Of a stretch of DNA of 64,000 nt, positions 11,696 to 23,260 are shown piece after piece. Position 1 is the first letter of the stretch. Every line of letters starts with the position of its first letter. This DNA is from Macrostomum lignano. Taxonomy: Eukaryota. A program made the position numbers and the translations under genes. The notes beneath the pieces are model-generated. The model had not been told where the DNA came from. It was given only the letters and a program-made list of their open reading frames with translations, and searched no databases. The stretch lies in contig NIVC01001665.1 of NCBI GenBank assembly GCA_002269645.1, positions 62,001 to 126,000 of the forward strand, written 5' to 3'.

Positions 11696-14600
11696 ATGTC
11701 GACAAAAAGAAAATTATCTGGAGCTGAAGGTAGAAGAAATAAACGTGCTCGATTGCTCAAAGACAGCGCAAAGGAGAGCGCCCAGATCCGACAGTATTTT
11801 TCAAGTCGTTCAGATGATAAAGGCGACAAGGCTACACAAGCCATCACAGCTGCTTCAAGCACCGCCCTCTGCGAGCAAGTTAATCCAACCGCTTCAGCTG
11901 CCGCCCTTGACATCGGCGGCGCCCCAGACAATCCAACCGCTTCAGCTGCCGCCTTTGACATCGGCGGCGCCCCAGACAATCCAGCCGCTTCAGCTGCCGC
12001 CCTTGACGTCGGCGGCGCCCCAGACAATCCAACCGCTTCAGCTGCTGCCCTTGACGTCGGCGGCGCCCCAGACAATCCAGCCGCTTCAGCTGCCGCCCTT
12101 GACGTCGGCGGCGCCCCAGACAATCCAGCCGCTTCAGCTGCTGCCCTTGACGTCGGCGGCGCCCCAGACAATCCAGCCGCTTCAGCTGCCGCCCCTGACG
12201 TCGGCGGCGCCCCAGACAATCTAGCCGCTTCAGCTGCCGCCCTTGACGTCGGCGGCGCCCCAGACAATCCAGCCGCTTCAGCTGCCGCCCTTGACGTCGG
12301 CGGCGCCCCAGACAATCCAGCCGCTTCAGCTGCCGCCCTTGACGTCGGCGGCGCCCCAGACAATCCAGCCGCTTCAGCTGCCGCCCCTGACGTCGGCAAC
12401 GCCCCAGACAATCCAGCCGCTTCAGCTGCCGCCCTTGACGTCGGCGGCGCCCCAGACAATCCAGCCGCTTCAGCTCCAAGCGCTCTCTTCTCTAATGTAA
12501 GCACAGCTTCACTTTGTGGCTCAGCTCTTATCATTGAAGACAGAATTCAGTCACAGCACTTTGTCGCTGAAAATGACATCGGTCTTGCTGTTAAACTAAG
12601 TTCAATTAATATCGAAATTCGACGAAAGTTTTTTAAACCGTGGGTGCCGAAAAAGCAAGAGCATTTTCCATTTTCAATGCATCGATGTCAAGGACGTCAG
12701 AGAAAACGAAAAATTATGCCCAGTCATCTTGAAGAGTTTCCCTGGCTATCTGTGAGCCGAGTCTCTGGACTTGAAGGCGTATTTTGCACCCCATGTGTAT
12801 TATTTTCATCAGCAGCTGGAGTTGGAGGGCGCTCTCATGGGGGTGGACAAATGCCTGGCGTATTAGTTATGAAGCCACTACAGCGTTTTGACGAACTCAC
12901 TGGCAAGAGTGGACACCTTAGTTGTCACGAGAAGACCGCTTTTCATCTAGCAAATGTAGAAAAAATGAAGGAGTTTGAGAAGCGCACATTATTTGGAGAA
13001 GAAACCAACGACATTCGCTCCCAAATTGAGAAGACGCGTCAACAGCAAATCAGTAAAAACAGGGAAATTCTTATATCAGTGATTGACACAGTGCTGACAT
13101 GCGCAAGACAAAATCTCAGTTTGCGTGGGCACCGCGGAGAAAATCAGCCTTTATTCCCAGAATCAGACAATTCTCAAGAGGCAGAAGAGCCAAAAGTCAA
13201 TGATGGAAATTTCCGAGCGCTTTTACGATTTCGTATTCGAGCTGGGGACAGTGTCTTGGGAGCACATGCTAGACAAGCATCGTTAAACGCGACATATTTT
13301 TCTCCTCGAATTCAGAATGAAACTTTGGATGTCGCGTTGCAACTTATTCAAGAAAGAATTGTCGCTCGAGTTAGGAATGCTATGTTCTGGGCACTGATTG
13401 TCGATGAAACGATGGATGTACAGAAGAGGGAGCAGCTGGTCATCGTTGTTCGATTTGTAGAACAAACTGAAGATGGTGCTTTTCAGCAATTCGAAGAGCC
13501 AGTTGCAATGCTAGATGTTGTTGCTGATATAGCTGAAAATTGTGATGGATGGGAGAATTTGCGACTCAGTGGTGCGAATATTTCATCCGCAATTGTCAGG
13601 CGCCTACGCACTCTTGGACTTGATTTGAATCAGTGCGTAGCACAATGCTACGATGGTGCCGCTGCCATGGCGAGTGAGAGAATTGGAGTTGCTGCTTTTA
13701 TCCGCAAAGAGGCCCCTCAAGCGGACTACTTTCATTGTATGGCTCACTGGTTGAATTTAAGCGCAGCAAATGCCATTAAGGTCCAGATCATCAGAAATTC
13801 CATGGGAGTCATTCAAGAGGTTGTAGCAGGCTTCAAGTCAAGCAGCAAAAGGACTACTTTGCTCAAACGTCTAATACAATCAAATGATCACGAAGTTGAA
13901 ACGGCAAAGCGGCATCTCATTAGTTTGTGTGAAACTCGATTTTTGGAGCGCCACACCGCTGTCGTCACCTTTCGATTGCTTTTTCCTTTCATTGAACAAG
14001 CCTTAGAAGAAATCAGCTCCTGGCCAGGAACCGATGCTGCTCGCTCTGCAGCTTGCCACCATTCAGCTATTTTGAATTTGGACTTTATTGTTGGGATGAT
14101 TGTCCTTGAAACCTTGGCCAGTCTTCTGCTGCCTGTTTCCCGAAGACTGCAATCATCTAGCAGCGAACTGGTAGAAGCTTTAGCAGATGTTCATCATGTC
14201 CTGGCTGAACTGGAAGAGCTTCAAAGTGAGGTGCGATTTAGAGAAGTATTCTCTAAAGTTGAACAGCTCGCTGCAGAATTTGATATCGAAGTAAGGCCGT
14301 TAAGAATTCGCTCTGCACGAGAACATTTTGCATTTGCAACTACAAGATCCCGGCAACCGGTGTCGGTAACAGCTGAGCAGCATTACAGAGAAACGGTTTT
14401 CTATCCGGCAGTAGCAGCAATCATATCAGATATCAAACTGCGATTTGATGCTCCACAAAAGCGTGCCTTCAACTTGACGCTTCTGATACCAAAGTTTTTT
14501 CACGAAAAGCTTGTTGACATGGAGGAGCAATGGAGTAAAGTGCAGGAAGCTGTGCTGAAGTACAACTGCCAACTTACAGACCCACCTTCAGTGGTGAAGC

Positions 14601-14935
14601 AAGAGTACCTGCTATGGCGTCGACAGTGGGCAGCAGTGTCGACGCGAGACCGTCCTGGGTCAGCACTTGAAGCATTAAAGACTTGTAGCGTGCATAAATT
14701 TCCAAACATTCAGCGACTACTCATGATCCTGGCTACTCTTCCAGTCTCAACGTGTGAGCCAGAGAGAGTTTTTTCCAAGCTAAAAAGGACTTTAACTGTT
14801 GAGCGCAGCACAATGGGAGAGGATCGCCTGCAATCGATTCTGCTGCTCCAATGCCACCGTAGCGCTTGCCCAGCTCCTGAAGAAGTTCTTCAAAGGTTCG
14901 CGTCGCAGCCCAGACGGATAGAACTTTTACTTTGA
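11696..14935 (+). CDS. hAT transposase, 1079 aa (TTF-type Zn finger, DUF4371-type region, DDE core, hAT C-terminal dimerisation domain; ZMYM1/THAP12-related group)
   Basis: FCTPCVLF...HLSCHEKTAFH Zn finger; NFRALLRFR...YFSPRIQNE; LIVDETMD (D1); QCYDGAAAM (D2); FHCMAHWLNL (CxxH); CETRF; LPVSTCEPERVFSKLKR (catalytic E). No stops or frameshifts. Confidence 0.96.
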   Translation: MSTKRKLSGAEGRRNKRARLLKDSAKESAQIRQYFSSRSDDKGDKATQAITAASSTALCEQVNPTASAAALDIGGAPDNPTASAAAFDIGGAPDNPAASAAALDVGGAPDNPTASAAALDVGGAPDNPAASAAALDVGGAPDNPAASAAALDVGGAPDNPAASAAAPDVGGAPDNLAASAAALDVGGAPDNPAASAAALDVGGAPDNPAASAAALDVGGAPDNPAASAAAPDVGNAPDNPAASAAALDVGGAPDNPAASAPSALFSNVSTASLCGSALIIEDRIQSQHFVAENDIGLAVKLSSINIEIRRKFFKPWVPKKQEHFPFSMHRCQGRQRKRKIMPSHLEEFPWLSVSRVSGLEGVFCTPCVLFSSAAGVGGRSHGGGQMPGVLVMKPLQRFDELTGKSGHLSCHEKTAFHLANVEKMKEFEKRTLFGEETNDIRSQIEKTRQQQISKNREILISVIDTVLTCARQNLSLRGHRGENQPLFPESDNSQEAEEPKVNDGNFRALLRFRIRAGDSVLGAHARQASLNATYFSPRIQNETLDVALQLIQERIVARVRNAMFWALIVDETMDVQKREQLVIVVRFVEQTEDGAFQQFEEPVAMLDVVADIAENCDGWENLRLSGANISSAIVRRLRTLGLDLNQCVAQCYDGAAAMASERIGVAAFIRKEAPQADYFHCMAHWLNLSAANAIKVQIIRNSMGVIQEVVAGFKSSSKRTTLLKRLIQSNDHEVETAKRHLISLCETRFLERHTAVVTFRLLFPFIEQALEEISSWPGTDAARSAACHHSAILNLDFIVGMIVLETLASLLLPVSRRLQSSSSELVEALADVHHVLAELEELQSEVRFREVFSKVEQLAAEFDIEVRPLRIRSAREHFAFATTRSRQPVSVTAEQHYRETVFYPAVAAIISDIKLRFDAPQKRAFNLTLLIPKFFHEKLVDMEEQWSKVQEAVLKYNCQLTDPPSVVKQEYLLWRRQWAAVSTRDRPGSALEALKTCSVHKFPNIQRLLMILATLPVSTCEPERVFSKLKRTLTVERSTMGEDRLQSILLLQCHRSACPAPEEVLQRFASQPRRIELLL
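11883..12476 (+). repeat. 48-bp coding minisatellite within the transposase (12.4 copies of LDVGGAPDNPAASAAA)
   Basis: In-frame 16-aa repeat visible in both the DNA and the ORF translation. Confidence 0.97.
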
Positions 14936-15797
14936 AGTGTTAGCTATTGTTTTAATTTGCGATCCTAGCTCGTACGAGTACGAGCCGTCATATACTATTG
15001 TAGTAGGTGCCATTTACCGGATCTTATGTATTGACATTTTCCTGCTTTGCGTATTCTGTGTATTGACATTTTAGCAAGCTGTTCAAATAGGCTTATTTAT
15101 TACTTCCACAGATACTTGTTATATACTTAGTTGATTTCCAAGAAATAATGGGTGACTGGGTGTAGTAAAACAAGTTCTTTGTCATTTTGCGAGGCTTCTA
15201 GATCATTCTATTCAATGAAAACTGCTTTAAAAAATCTGCAAGCATGGACGATAAAAGTATATGTGCAGTGTTTTCAGGAGTTGCCTATTATATTTGGACA
15301 TTTATTTATGTTTCTTTAAAAAGTTTCTATAGAAGTGTCTGTGCAAAATTCGGCGAATGTTTCATACCTTTCTCATTACTCTGAAACTTTTCATGCTCAA
15401 ATTTAATGAAAATTTCTCACATCGTAAAACGACTTTCCCATGCTATGAGTTTTTTTAATCTGTCAGTACAAAATATTGTCTATATTTGCATGTGAGTTTA
15501 GTTATTGTACTTAACTTTTGCGCGCATTTGAATCGATTCTGATTGATGCCTTGAATGCCAATTTCGCGGTTGTTCCTACGTGATCATACATAAAGTCCAA
15601 TAAACAAATTAAGCATAATAGTTATTTTCTAATAAATAAGTACAAGTCGAAATACAAAAGTGCTCAAATTGTTCAATATTCATGATTTAAATTTTAAGCA
15701 CGCAACATTGGCAAATGGCGCCCCCACAAGACACCCAACATTGGCGCCCCTAAGGATTGCGGCCCCCCCCCAAAACTAAATCCTGAGTTCGCCACTG

Positions 15798-15990
15798 GGT
15801 AAAAGACCGATTTTTAGGTTGGTAAAGGACCGATTTTTAGGTTGGTAAAGGACCGATTCTGAGGTTGGAAAAGGAGCGATTCTTAGGTTGTCAAAGGAAC
15901 GATTCTTAGGTTGTCAAAGGACCGATTCTCAGGTTGTCAAAGGACCGATTCTCAGGTTGGTAATGGACCAATTCTTGGTTTGGTGAAAGA
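15798..15990 (+). repeat. Continuation of the 23-bp satellite right of the hAT insertion
   Basis: Removing the element and one TSD restores TAGGTTGGTAAAAGACCGATT in register. Confidence 0.93.
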
Positions 15991-17383
15991 TAGATTTGTT
16001 AGGTTTTTTAAAGTTCCATTAAAAGTAGGCCTATAGAATTATCATGAAAATTTTAAAAATAAATAGCGACTACAAACTAACTATCACAATTAAAAGTTGA
16101 TTGTAATTCCATTTGGTCATGATATTACAATTTGTTATTGTGATCATGGCCAAAACTGAAGCCTAGTGAGTAGCAAAGGATTTGTATTAACTAATATTTG
16201 TTCTCTGGAATCTATTATATAGAAAATGAAAATGTTTTGCTATGTATTAAAAGCTATAAAAAGTATTACCAAAGTTGGACATCATTTCAAAATAATAAAA
16301 AATACTCTTGGTGCTTTAGCCTTGGCTTTAACATAACATAAAGTAAATTTTTATTTATTAACCCTCAAATGAAACTTTAGAATCTATGAACCTCATACTA
16401 ATTTCAAGCATGCTAGAAAGCATTCAAAATTTTGTTCTTATCATGGTTGAAAAATTACTTTAAAATTAAATGAGGTTGGCCAATATGGCAATAATTTATA
16501 AAAAAAGGTTACAACTTTACAAGCTTATACTAGCAGAATATGTCCAAAACCTAAATTTAATCTAAAAAGTATGAGTACAAAATTCTCCTTAAACAATAAA
16601 CAATGCAATAGGTCAAGTAACTTAGCCAAGTTGTTCATTCAAACTACAAGCATTAACATAATAAAAGTTCATAATATGATAGTTTTAATATTTTAAACTC
16701 GAGTATGTCATTATACTGGTATATGGTATAATTTGACAACTATTTAAGACTCCGAGACAAAGAGAAATTCGCTTTTATTCCCACATTCAATACAAAAAGA
16801 GCAGAGCATTTCAATTCGATCCCACATTCTACAACATTATAAACGGTGACTTAGGTCTCTACCAAAAAAGCGAATAAAGGTTAAAAAATAAAAAAACTGT
16901 TTAGATGTGTAGACGAGCAAATAAAGGTATAGCAGTCTCTTATTGCCTTTCTTTTAACTATATAGCTAATACTTTAGGCTAGACTAGTTTGATAGATACT
17001 TTTCTTGATTCTTGTGTGGGCAATTTTATTAAGTTATCGTTCTTAGGTTAAAAAATTGTTTGGGTTAAGTACGGTTTTAAACAAAATGAATTTATATGGA
17101 CTGCATAATCAGAAAGCATATGCTATAACTCACGTGACGGAGTGTAAACCAGTTAAAAGAAAAATATTTCTGAGATAGAGGTTAACTACATTCTGAATTT
17201 TTACCTCCGGCTGAAATGTTATATGCACTGCTTACACTCCTTGAGTAAAGCGCTACCTATATATATGCATGTAGTTTCCCCATTGAACACCATTGCGAGT
17301 TTGTGTAGTTTTCCCCTTTAGGAAGTGTGACACGGGTGCCGGCTGATAAATAATAAACTTTCACGAAGGGTTCCAGACAGAAT

Positions 17384-17474
17384 CAAGGACCACTGTACAT
17401 GTATAATAGTATAGCTACATGTATAGCTATAGCTACACTGTATATCTGTATAAAACTATATACAGTGGTCCTTG
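17384..17474. mobile_element. 91-bp mini inverted-repeat element
   Basis: Perfect 14-bp IR CAAGGACCACTGTA/TACAGTGGTCCTTG; flanks GACAGAAT and CACAGAAT (7/8, possible TSD); a second CAAGGACCACTG at ~17642. Confidence 0.5.
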
Positions 17475-18489
17475 CACAGAATATCCAGTTCCCGAACCAG
17501 AATCAGTACGAAAATGAAAAGCGGCGAACCTATTTATGTTAGGTAGTCTAAAATTGTAATTTTGTCTTTCTTAGGTCCTGATTTTTTCCTCTTGGATATG
17601 ATCTTAAGATGAGAGTCATCTGGAGAAAGCTATATGTACATCAAGGACCACTGAAGTCACTTCGTTAAAATTCTTCTTCTTGTAGTCCTTGGATATGGAA
17701 TTGTGTTCGGCGAACAAATACATGAAACATTTATTGTGGGCCGGATCCATGGATTGGAATGGATATGTTATAATAACTGTAGGCAGCGCTACTATCGTGT
17801 GTGTGGGGGGGGGTTGTTAGCGGCTGCGCCGCGTGACTCTGCCAGCTCAATCCTTTGCGTACAATATCAAATGTGCATGGTGCGACTTTAGCCACCATTC
17901 TGACTCAGCTCAATAATTCAATAAATATACTGATCGCTATTATTCTCGCCTGCAAGCTTTCGGCAACTATCGACTACAACAAGCGGTCTAGCCTCGATTC
18001 ACTCACTACAACAACTCGAGTCGGCAAAAAACTAATAGAAATTATTAAAATGAATTTTATTTATAATTCGTATGCCATAAATTTGGTGGATTTTTTTCGT
18101 TTTTGAAATTGAATTCAATCATCGATATTTAAACAAATCAAGTCATTTATTCGATATAAATTTGTTCAATTTTTTTTGATAAATCTTGACATGAAATTCT
18201 ATAGTGGCAAATACGCTCAATTTGTTTTATAAAGTTTCTCCAGCAAACGCTCGTAGGACCAAAAAATCACCGAATATATTCATACCAAACCTTGGGAAGC
18301 ATATGAATGGAGTTTCAATTTTTATTGCACATCAGAAATTCTGCTTGGATATGATTCCTAGTATTGCTGGATATTTCAACATGATGTCGAAAATTTTCAG
18401 TTTCTTCCTAGTGTGTTTACCGTAGCGTATCTGCTTTTGAGCTTATTGAGCTCATGATAGTCACTAATAGCAGCAATTTAGATTTATTA

Positions 18490-20850
18490 TTATGGAAGCC
18501 CCCTATAGAGTCTGGTGGCGCGGCTGTACCGTCTGGAACCGCCTTGTTCTCGGACTCTCAGGGGGTCAGCCAGCCTGCCGCCTTCCAATGACAAAGCGGT
18601 CCCGGGCACGACCTCGGAGACATGCATGTGTGCGTTCAAGGTCAAGCAGCCGCTCCAACCCGCCATATGATGGTTCTCGGCGGGGACAGCGATTTGACGT
18701 CTGAGCAGCTCGACACTTGAGCGGCGCACCTTCGACGATTGAGGCCTTGCTAAACCTAACCTTGAAGGATGTCTTCGTGGACATCGCCTAAGTCCAACAA
18801 CATAAACGGGTGCATCCTTCTGTGGTGCGAATCCGAGGAGAGTGCACCCATCTCCTGCGCGATCAACTGCCCACGTTCGACTGGCACAGCGACCTGGGTC
18901 AGCTGAACTTCGCCCTGGAGAGCGAGCGGCCGAAAACCATCCGTCATTGGATCTGGATCCCGGCCGCCAGCGCCATCAAGTCTGGGGAGCAGCTGTGGCA
19001 ACTTCTGCTCAAGCGGCGCTCGGATCTCCACCCTAGTGGTCTTGTGTACATGTTGTACCACAACAGGTCCTCGCCCTGACGGAAGGATGGACCAAGCGAC
19101 TACCGTATGGCTCAACCCTCCATCTTGGTCTCCACCTGATGTGTTCCTTACTACCAATACTTTATTAGTAATCAAGGAACAATCACTTTTAGCCATTGCT
19201 AGGCAACTCAGTATTCAAATAAAGGTATCTCACCTTGAGTCCTGATTTGGAGAGCTCTTCCTTTGCGTATTTCTCGGTCTCAATCAGTTTAGACGTCTAG
19301 ATTTAGTTGTCCTAGTGCAGGTTCCTCTTTACTTCCAATGAAGTCGTTTCCGGCCGATATCTGTCGTTCGGACTAATCAGAAGCTTAACTATGCATATTA
19401 ACAATATAAGAACAACAATATAACAATAACAATATAACAATATAATAATATAATGAAGCATATTAACAATGGAGATCCCATTGCGGATTGCGCATTGCGG
19501 ATTCAATTAAGCCTTCTCCTTCTAGCAGTGTCTTAATTCACTCTAGGTATAGCTCCGGTATTTACTGATAGTCTTCTAATGGCTATCAGGGTAGTCCTTC
19601 TGGAGACTACAACCAATGGAGTCTCAATAGACTCAACCACAGCAATAATAATGAGTCGACTCAAACACCTGGCGCAAATGAGTAAGGCTTACCGCAAGAA
19701 CTCAGCCGAGTCTCACGAAACGCAAGCTCCCGCCGCACTCTGACCTGTCCCTTGAAACTTTGGGGGAGAGCGGGAGCACCGCTGTCCTATATATCGGACG
19801 CTGAGCCGCGCTCTTTCAATCTCTTCCAGCGCTTCAAAGTCACTATCCCTTCCAGGGAGACCGCTGACGACAGATGGGCCCCCAGGGAGGTCCGCTGCTT
19901 CACTGACGGATCCTCCAAAGACGGTGCATCCAGCTATGGTGTCTGCATCCTTATCAATGGCCACGTGATTTCCACTCACGCCCAACATATCGGTAGACTC
20001 TCCTAGTGTCTTCCAAAACAAAGTCCTCGCCATCAGCTCCTGCGCTGCTGAGCTCTGCTGCATGCAGGGACTTTAAAGGCGGAAGAATGACAGCCAAGCT
20101 GCCCTGCAGGCCCTGTTCCACACAACACTACGAACTGCCGAACAGTCCGAGACTGTATCGGGCAGCTCAACAAGCTGGCTCGGAAGAACTCGTGGATCCC
20201 AGGACACGCCGGCTTTAAAGGTAACGAGCTCGCTGGCTCGCTAAGGACAGGCAGTTTCAGCTCGCTCCTTGGCCCCGTGCCTCTGGCCCCCATCCCAGCC
20301 GCGGTCACTAACCGTCAGATTAACGACTGGGCGGATATCCTGCACCTACACAGATCGGATGGTATTACCGACTGCCGCCGATCCCGGGCGGTAGTGCCCA
20401 ACCCGTCCCCTCAATCTGTGGAGAATCCTTTTGAACCAGAGTCGAAACGATATCCGCGCTCTCATTAGGACCTTCACAAGTCACGCTTTGCTTGCTTTAC
20501 TGTTTTCTCCGGAGCGAGCTCTGCCTCTTCTGCAACCTCGAGAACAAAAACACTTCGTCTGTTACAGCAGCTGGCCTTCATCCGAGACCGGCTCAACTAC
20601 CTCGGGCCCAACCCGTCCCTAGAAGACGCTTGCCGGCCCGAGAACATTCCACTTCTCATCCGGTTCCTCCGGGCTACCAAACGAGCCTCCGTCTTCCCCA
20701 CCGAAGAAAACGCTACAGACAGGACCAACAGACCTTCCTGACCGGCCCCGCGCCCTGGCCAATGCGGGCATCTCAGGGATTAGCGGAATGGACGACGCTC
20801 GCCTCCCCGCTGCGTCTTCGGACCGCCATTCAGCTACATATCAGTCAAGT
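18490..20850 (+). mobile_element. Degenerate non-LTR retrotransposon with RNase H (LOA/I-group-like), internally deleted and interrupted
   Basis: ORF1-like fragment at 18810-19079. RNase H motifs CFTDGSSKDG (~19890), SQAALQAL and WIPGHAGFKGNEL (~20195), then RNDIRALIRTFTSH and a CLFC finger remnant. Many frameshifts and an AT-rich insertion at ~19210-19690. Confidence 0.75.
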
Positions 20851-21162
20851 AAGTCAAATACAGTCAAGTCGATATATTGGATTTTTGTACGATGCTTGCA
20901 AGAAGATGGTGCGAGAGAGAGGGTATACAGTGTATTTGTCAGACATGAAGTTCTTATATAGCACGACACAGTAATGGGGAGCAATTAGGCGCATAGGGAG
21001 GTGCGCAAACAGTGGTGTAAGTAATTTGCCACAGACACATCAATTAAGCTGCTGGTTTGGTGGAGTCACCCTACCAGCCATGGGCGTGCTGGGCCGGTGG
21101 GGCCTGCGTGCGACGCACCCATGAACAGTATAAAATTTTCAGTAAAACAACGCTACTAAACA

Positions 21163-21409
21163 CAGGGGCGTCGCAATCGGGGAGGGACCCCCCAGTAAAA
21201 GTCATGGAGGGGGTATGCCAATGCTTCGTCACCTCCGCAGGACGCATCATCTTGAAATCAATAGTTTTGCTTCAGAGCCCTAAAATATAGGGCCTGCGGC
21301 GCCCAAATGAATGCTAACAACACCGATTACCAAAAAAATGTAAGAACTTTTTCATGTTAGAATTCCTGGTTTTGTCCCCAAAACAATAAAATCCATGGCG
21401 ACGCCGCTG
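21163..21409. mobile_element. hAT-type MITE (CAGGGGCGTCGC TIR), copy A
   Basis: TIRs CAGGGGCGTCGC and GCGACGCCGCTG; flanks ACTAAACA/TCTAAACA (7/8 TSD). Confidence 0.8.
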
Positions 21410-21490
21410 TCTAAACAATCTACAATAAGTATTCATGCAGTTAAAAATTGTTGCGTCCTTCGATTAAATTGTAATCGTTATGTTTGGTTT

Positions 21491-22570
21491 TCAATAAACA
21501 AGCATCTCGGCCTCTTTCAACGAGTAGTAGGCTTCGAACGGCATCATCCAGTTGATGCCCATAGCATAGGCTGTGCTCAGCGCTTCAGGATAATTGTGGT
21601 ATTGGCCGTTGAGATGAGCACCGAAGCAGCTGTTGAACCACCAGGCGCCTTTAAACGACTGAGTACAATTGCTTTCTGCGTTATCATTGTCCTTGTCTAT
21701 TGTCGTGAATGGAAAACCGTTGGTAATCACTTTCGTAAGTCCATCCCACGGCGCAGCAATTGAATCCCCGATTCCGGCACTTCCTGAGAAACCGGACACG
21801 CTGAGCTTGTAGAGATCCGTTTCCGAAGCTACAGAGAAGCTTCTGTAGTGAGCCCAGCTCTGGGAGTTGTTCCACACTCGCATCAATATGAGCAGTTTTC
21901 TCGGCGTTGGATTGGTCAGCGAGAAGAGCCGGTCTAAGCCTGCATCGGTTTAGAAGGAGTTTACTTCTCGGTAGCTTCACTTCTAGTGATTTCAAACCTC
22001 ATATTCATTGCAAAATACGTTTCTGTGTATTACACCAGAGGATGCTGCTTCTGTAGAACGGTAAATATTAATGCGTCTGCAACAGATAAGCGACTTACCT
22101 ATCCAGAAGTTACCATCGGGTCCCTCGCCGAAGCCGGTTCTGTACTCCGACCAGACTCGTTGGAAATTTACCGAGCCCGACACCCTGTGCTGCACCGTGG
22201 TCCAACAGCTGGTAAACATTGACCTCAGCCACACCACAGGATTGCTGATATTCGAGGCGCTTCTGCATTTCCTACATCCGGGTCCGTCCAATGGTAGATC
22301 TCGCAGGCGGCAGTCGTAAGCTTCGCAGGCTCCTGTCGACTTATCGAATTTCGCCAGTCGGGCGGTTGTTGAGAATTTCGAGTCAACCCAGGCCAGGCAT
22401 ATCGACAGGTGTCCGACCTGACGCCTGCTGCCCAGCATTGAGTAGTCCTGGAGGTTGTCGCGGTCCTTGAGCCACATTAGCTGACGGCTTGTGGTAGCAT
22501 CAGCAGTCATTGCTATGGCAACTAGGCTAACGATTATCGACAAAACTCGATTGAAATTCATTTTTGTCAT
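21491..22570 (-). CDS. Secreted fibrinogen-related (FReD; ficolin/tachylectin-5-like) protein with an N-terminal PAN/apple-like segment, copy A; exons 22570-22099 and 21939-21491 (306 aa, or 303 aa from the Met at 22561)
   Basis: Signal peptide MNFNRVLSIIVSLVAIAMTADA. FBG motifs WTTVQHRVSGSVNFQRVWSEYRTGFG..NFWIG|LDRL, FTTIDKDND, KGAWWFNSC, HLNGQY. Phase-1 intron G|GTAAGT...ATGCAG|GC (159 bp). Confidence 0.92.
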
Positions 22571-22612
22571 GTTAGTGAAAGAATTTTACCCGAGCATAAA
22601 ATGATGCATGTC

Positions 22613-22697
22613 TTTTATACTGTATCCTTAATTTTTATTCAGCCAATGGATGACTTATTGCACGCAGCGCAATCCTTATTGGCTGGGAAATGAAACT
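22613..22697 (-). promoter_or_regulatory. Putative FReD-A promoter: TATA box, two CCAAT boxes, GGAAATGAAACT (ETS/IRF-composite-like)
   Basis: TATAAAA on the - strand at 22613-22619; AGCCAAT at 22641-22647; ATTGG at 22678-22682; GGGAAATGAAACT from 22685. All retained in copy B. Confidence 0.55.
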
Positions 22698-22956
22698 TCA
22701 CTGCATGTGTTTGCTGGATTGTCGAGTCTCCTATAGTTTGAACCGGATTTCTCGACATCTACAGATGCAGGAACGGCGACATTAACAGACTGATAGACAG
22801 GCAGAAAGACAAATAATTTTGATGAAAAACTAAATTACGCTCGTAAGACGCAAATATCTAACCAATACACGGTTGCGAAGTGTTTCAGCATAATTTTAGC
22901 GTTTAATTCATGCTACATTAAACTGTATTGAGATAACTTTTGCTTAAGCTGTTCAT

Positions 22957-23260
22957 CAGGGCCGTCGTTATGGATTTTATGGTGGGGGGGACAAAGCCAA
23001 GAATTCTACATGTACATGTAAATTTTTTTCAGGATTGGTGTTGTCAGCGCTCATTTTGGCGCCCGCAGGCATTCATTTTGGCGCTGCAGGCAGATCATTT
23101 TCGCTATACTTTGTCGGCCTGAAGCAAAATTACATGTATTGATTTCCAAAGCGGGTCACTAGTTTGGGGGGGACGACGACAAAGCATTGGCATGTCTCCC
23201 ATTGCTTTTCCTGGGGGGGGGGCATGTCCCCCCTGGTCCCCCACGGTGGCGACGCCCCTG
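22957..23260. mobile_element. hAT-type MITE upstream of FReD-A
   Basis: CAGGGCCGTCG...CGACGCCCCTG termini; degenerate TSD CTGTTCAT/CTTTCCAT; orthologous copy at 32231-32626. Confidence 0.78.

Larger units (their letters stand above)
10385..15797 (+). mobile_element. Full-length, apparently autonomous hAT DNA transposon (5413 bp)
   Basis: 16-bp TIRs match 14/16: CAGTGGCGTACGCAGG (10385) and CCTGAGTTCGCCACTG (ends 15797). Perfect 8-bp TSD GGTAAAAG at 10377-10384 and 15798-15805. Single long transposase ORF. Subterminal repeats at both ends. Confidence 0.96.

Noticed and set aside
11644-12534. Antisense and alternative-frame ORFs over the transposase repeat
   Set aside because: They are shadows of the GC-rich 48-bp coding repeat; the + frame carries all the hAT motifs.
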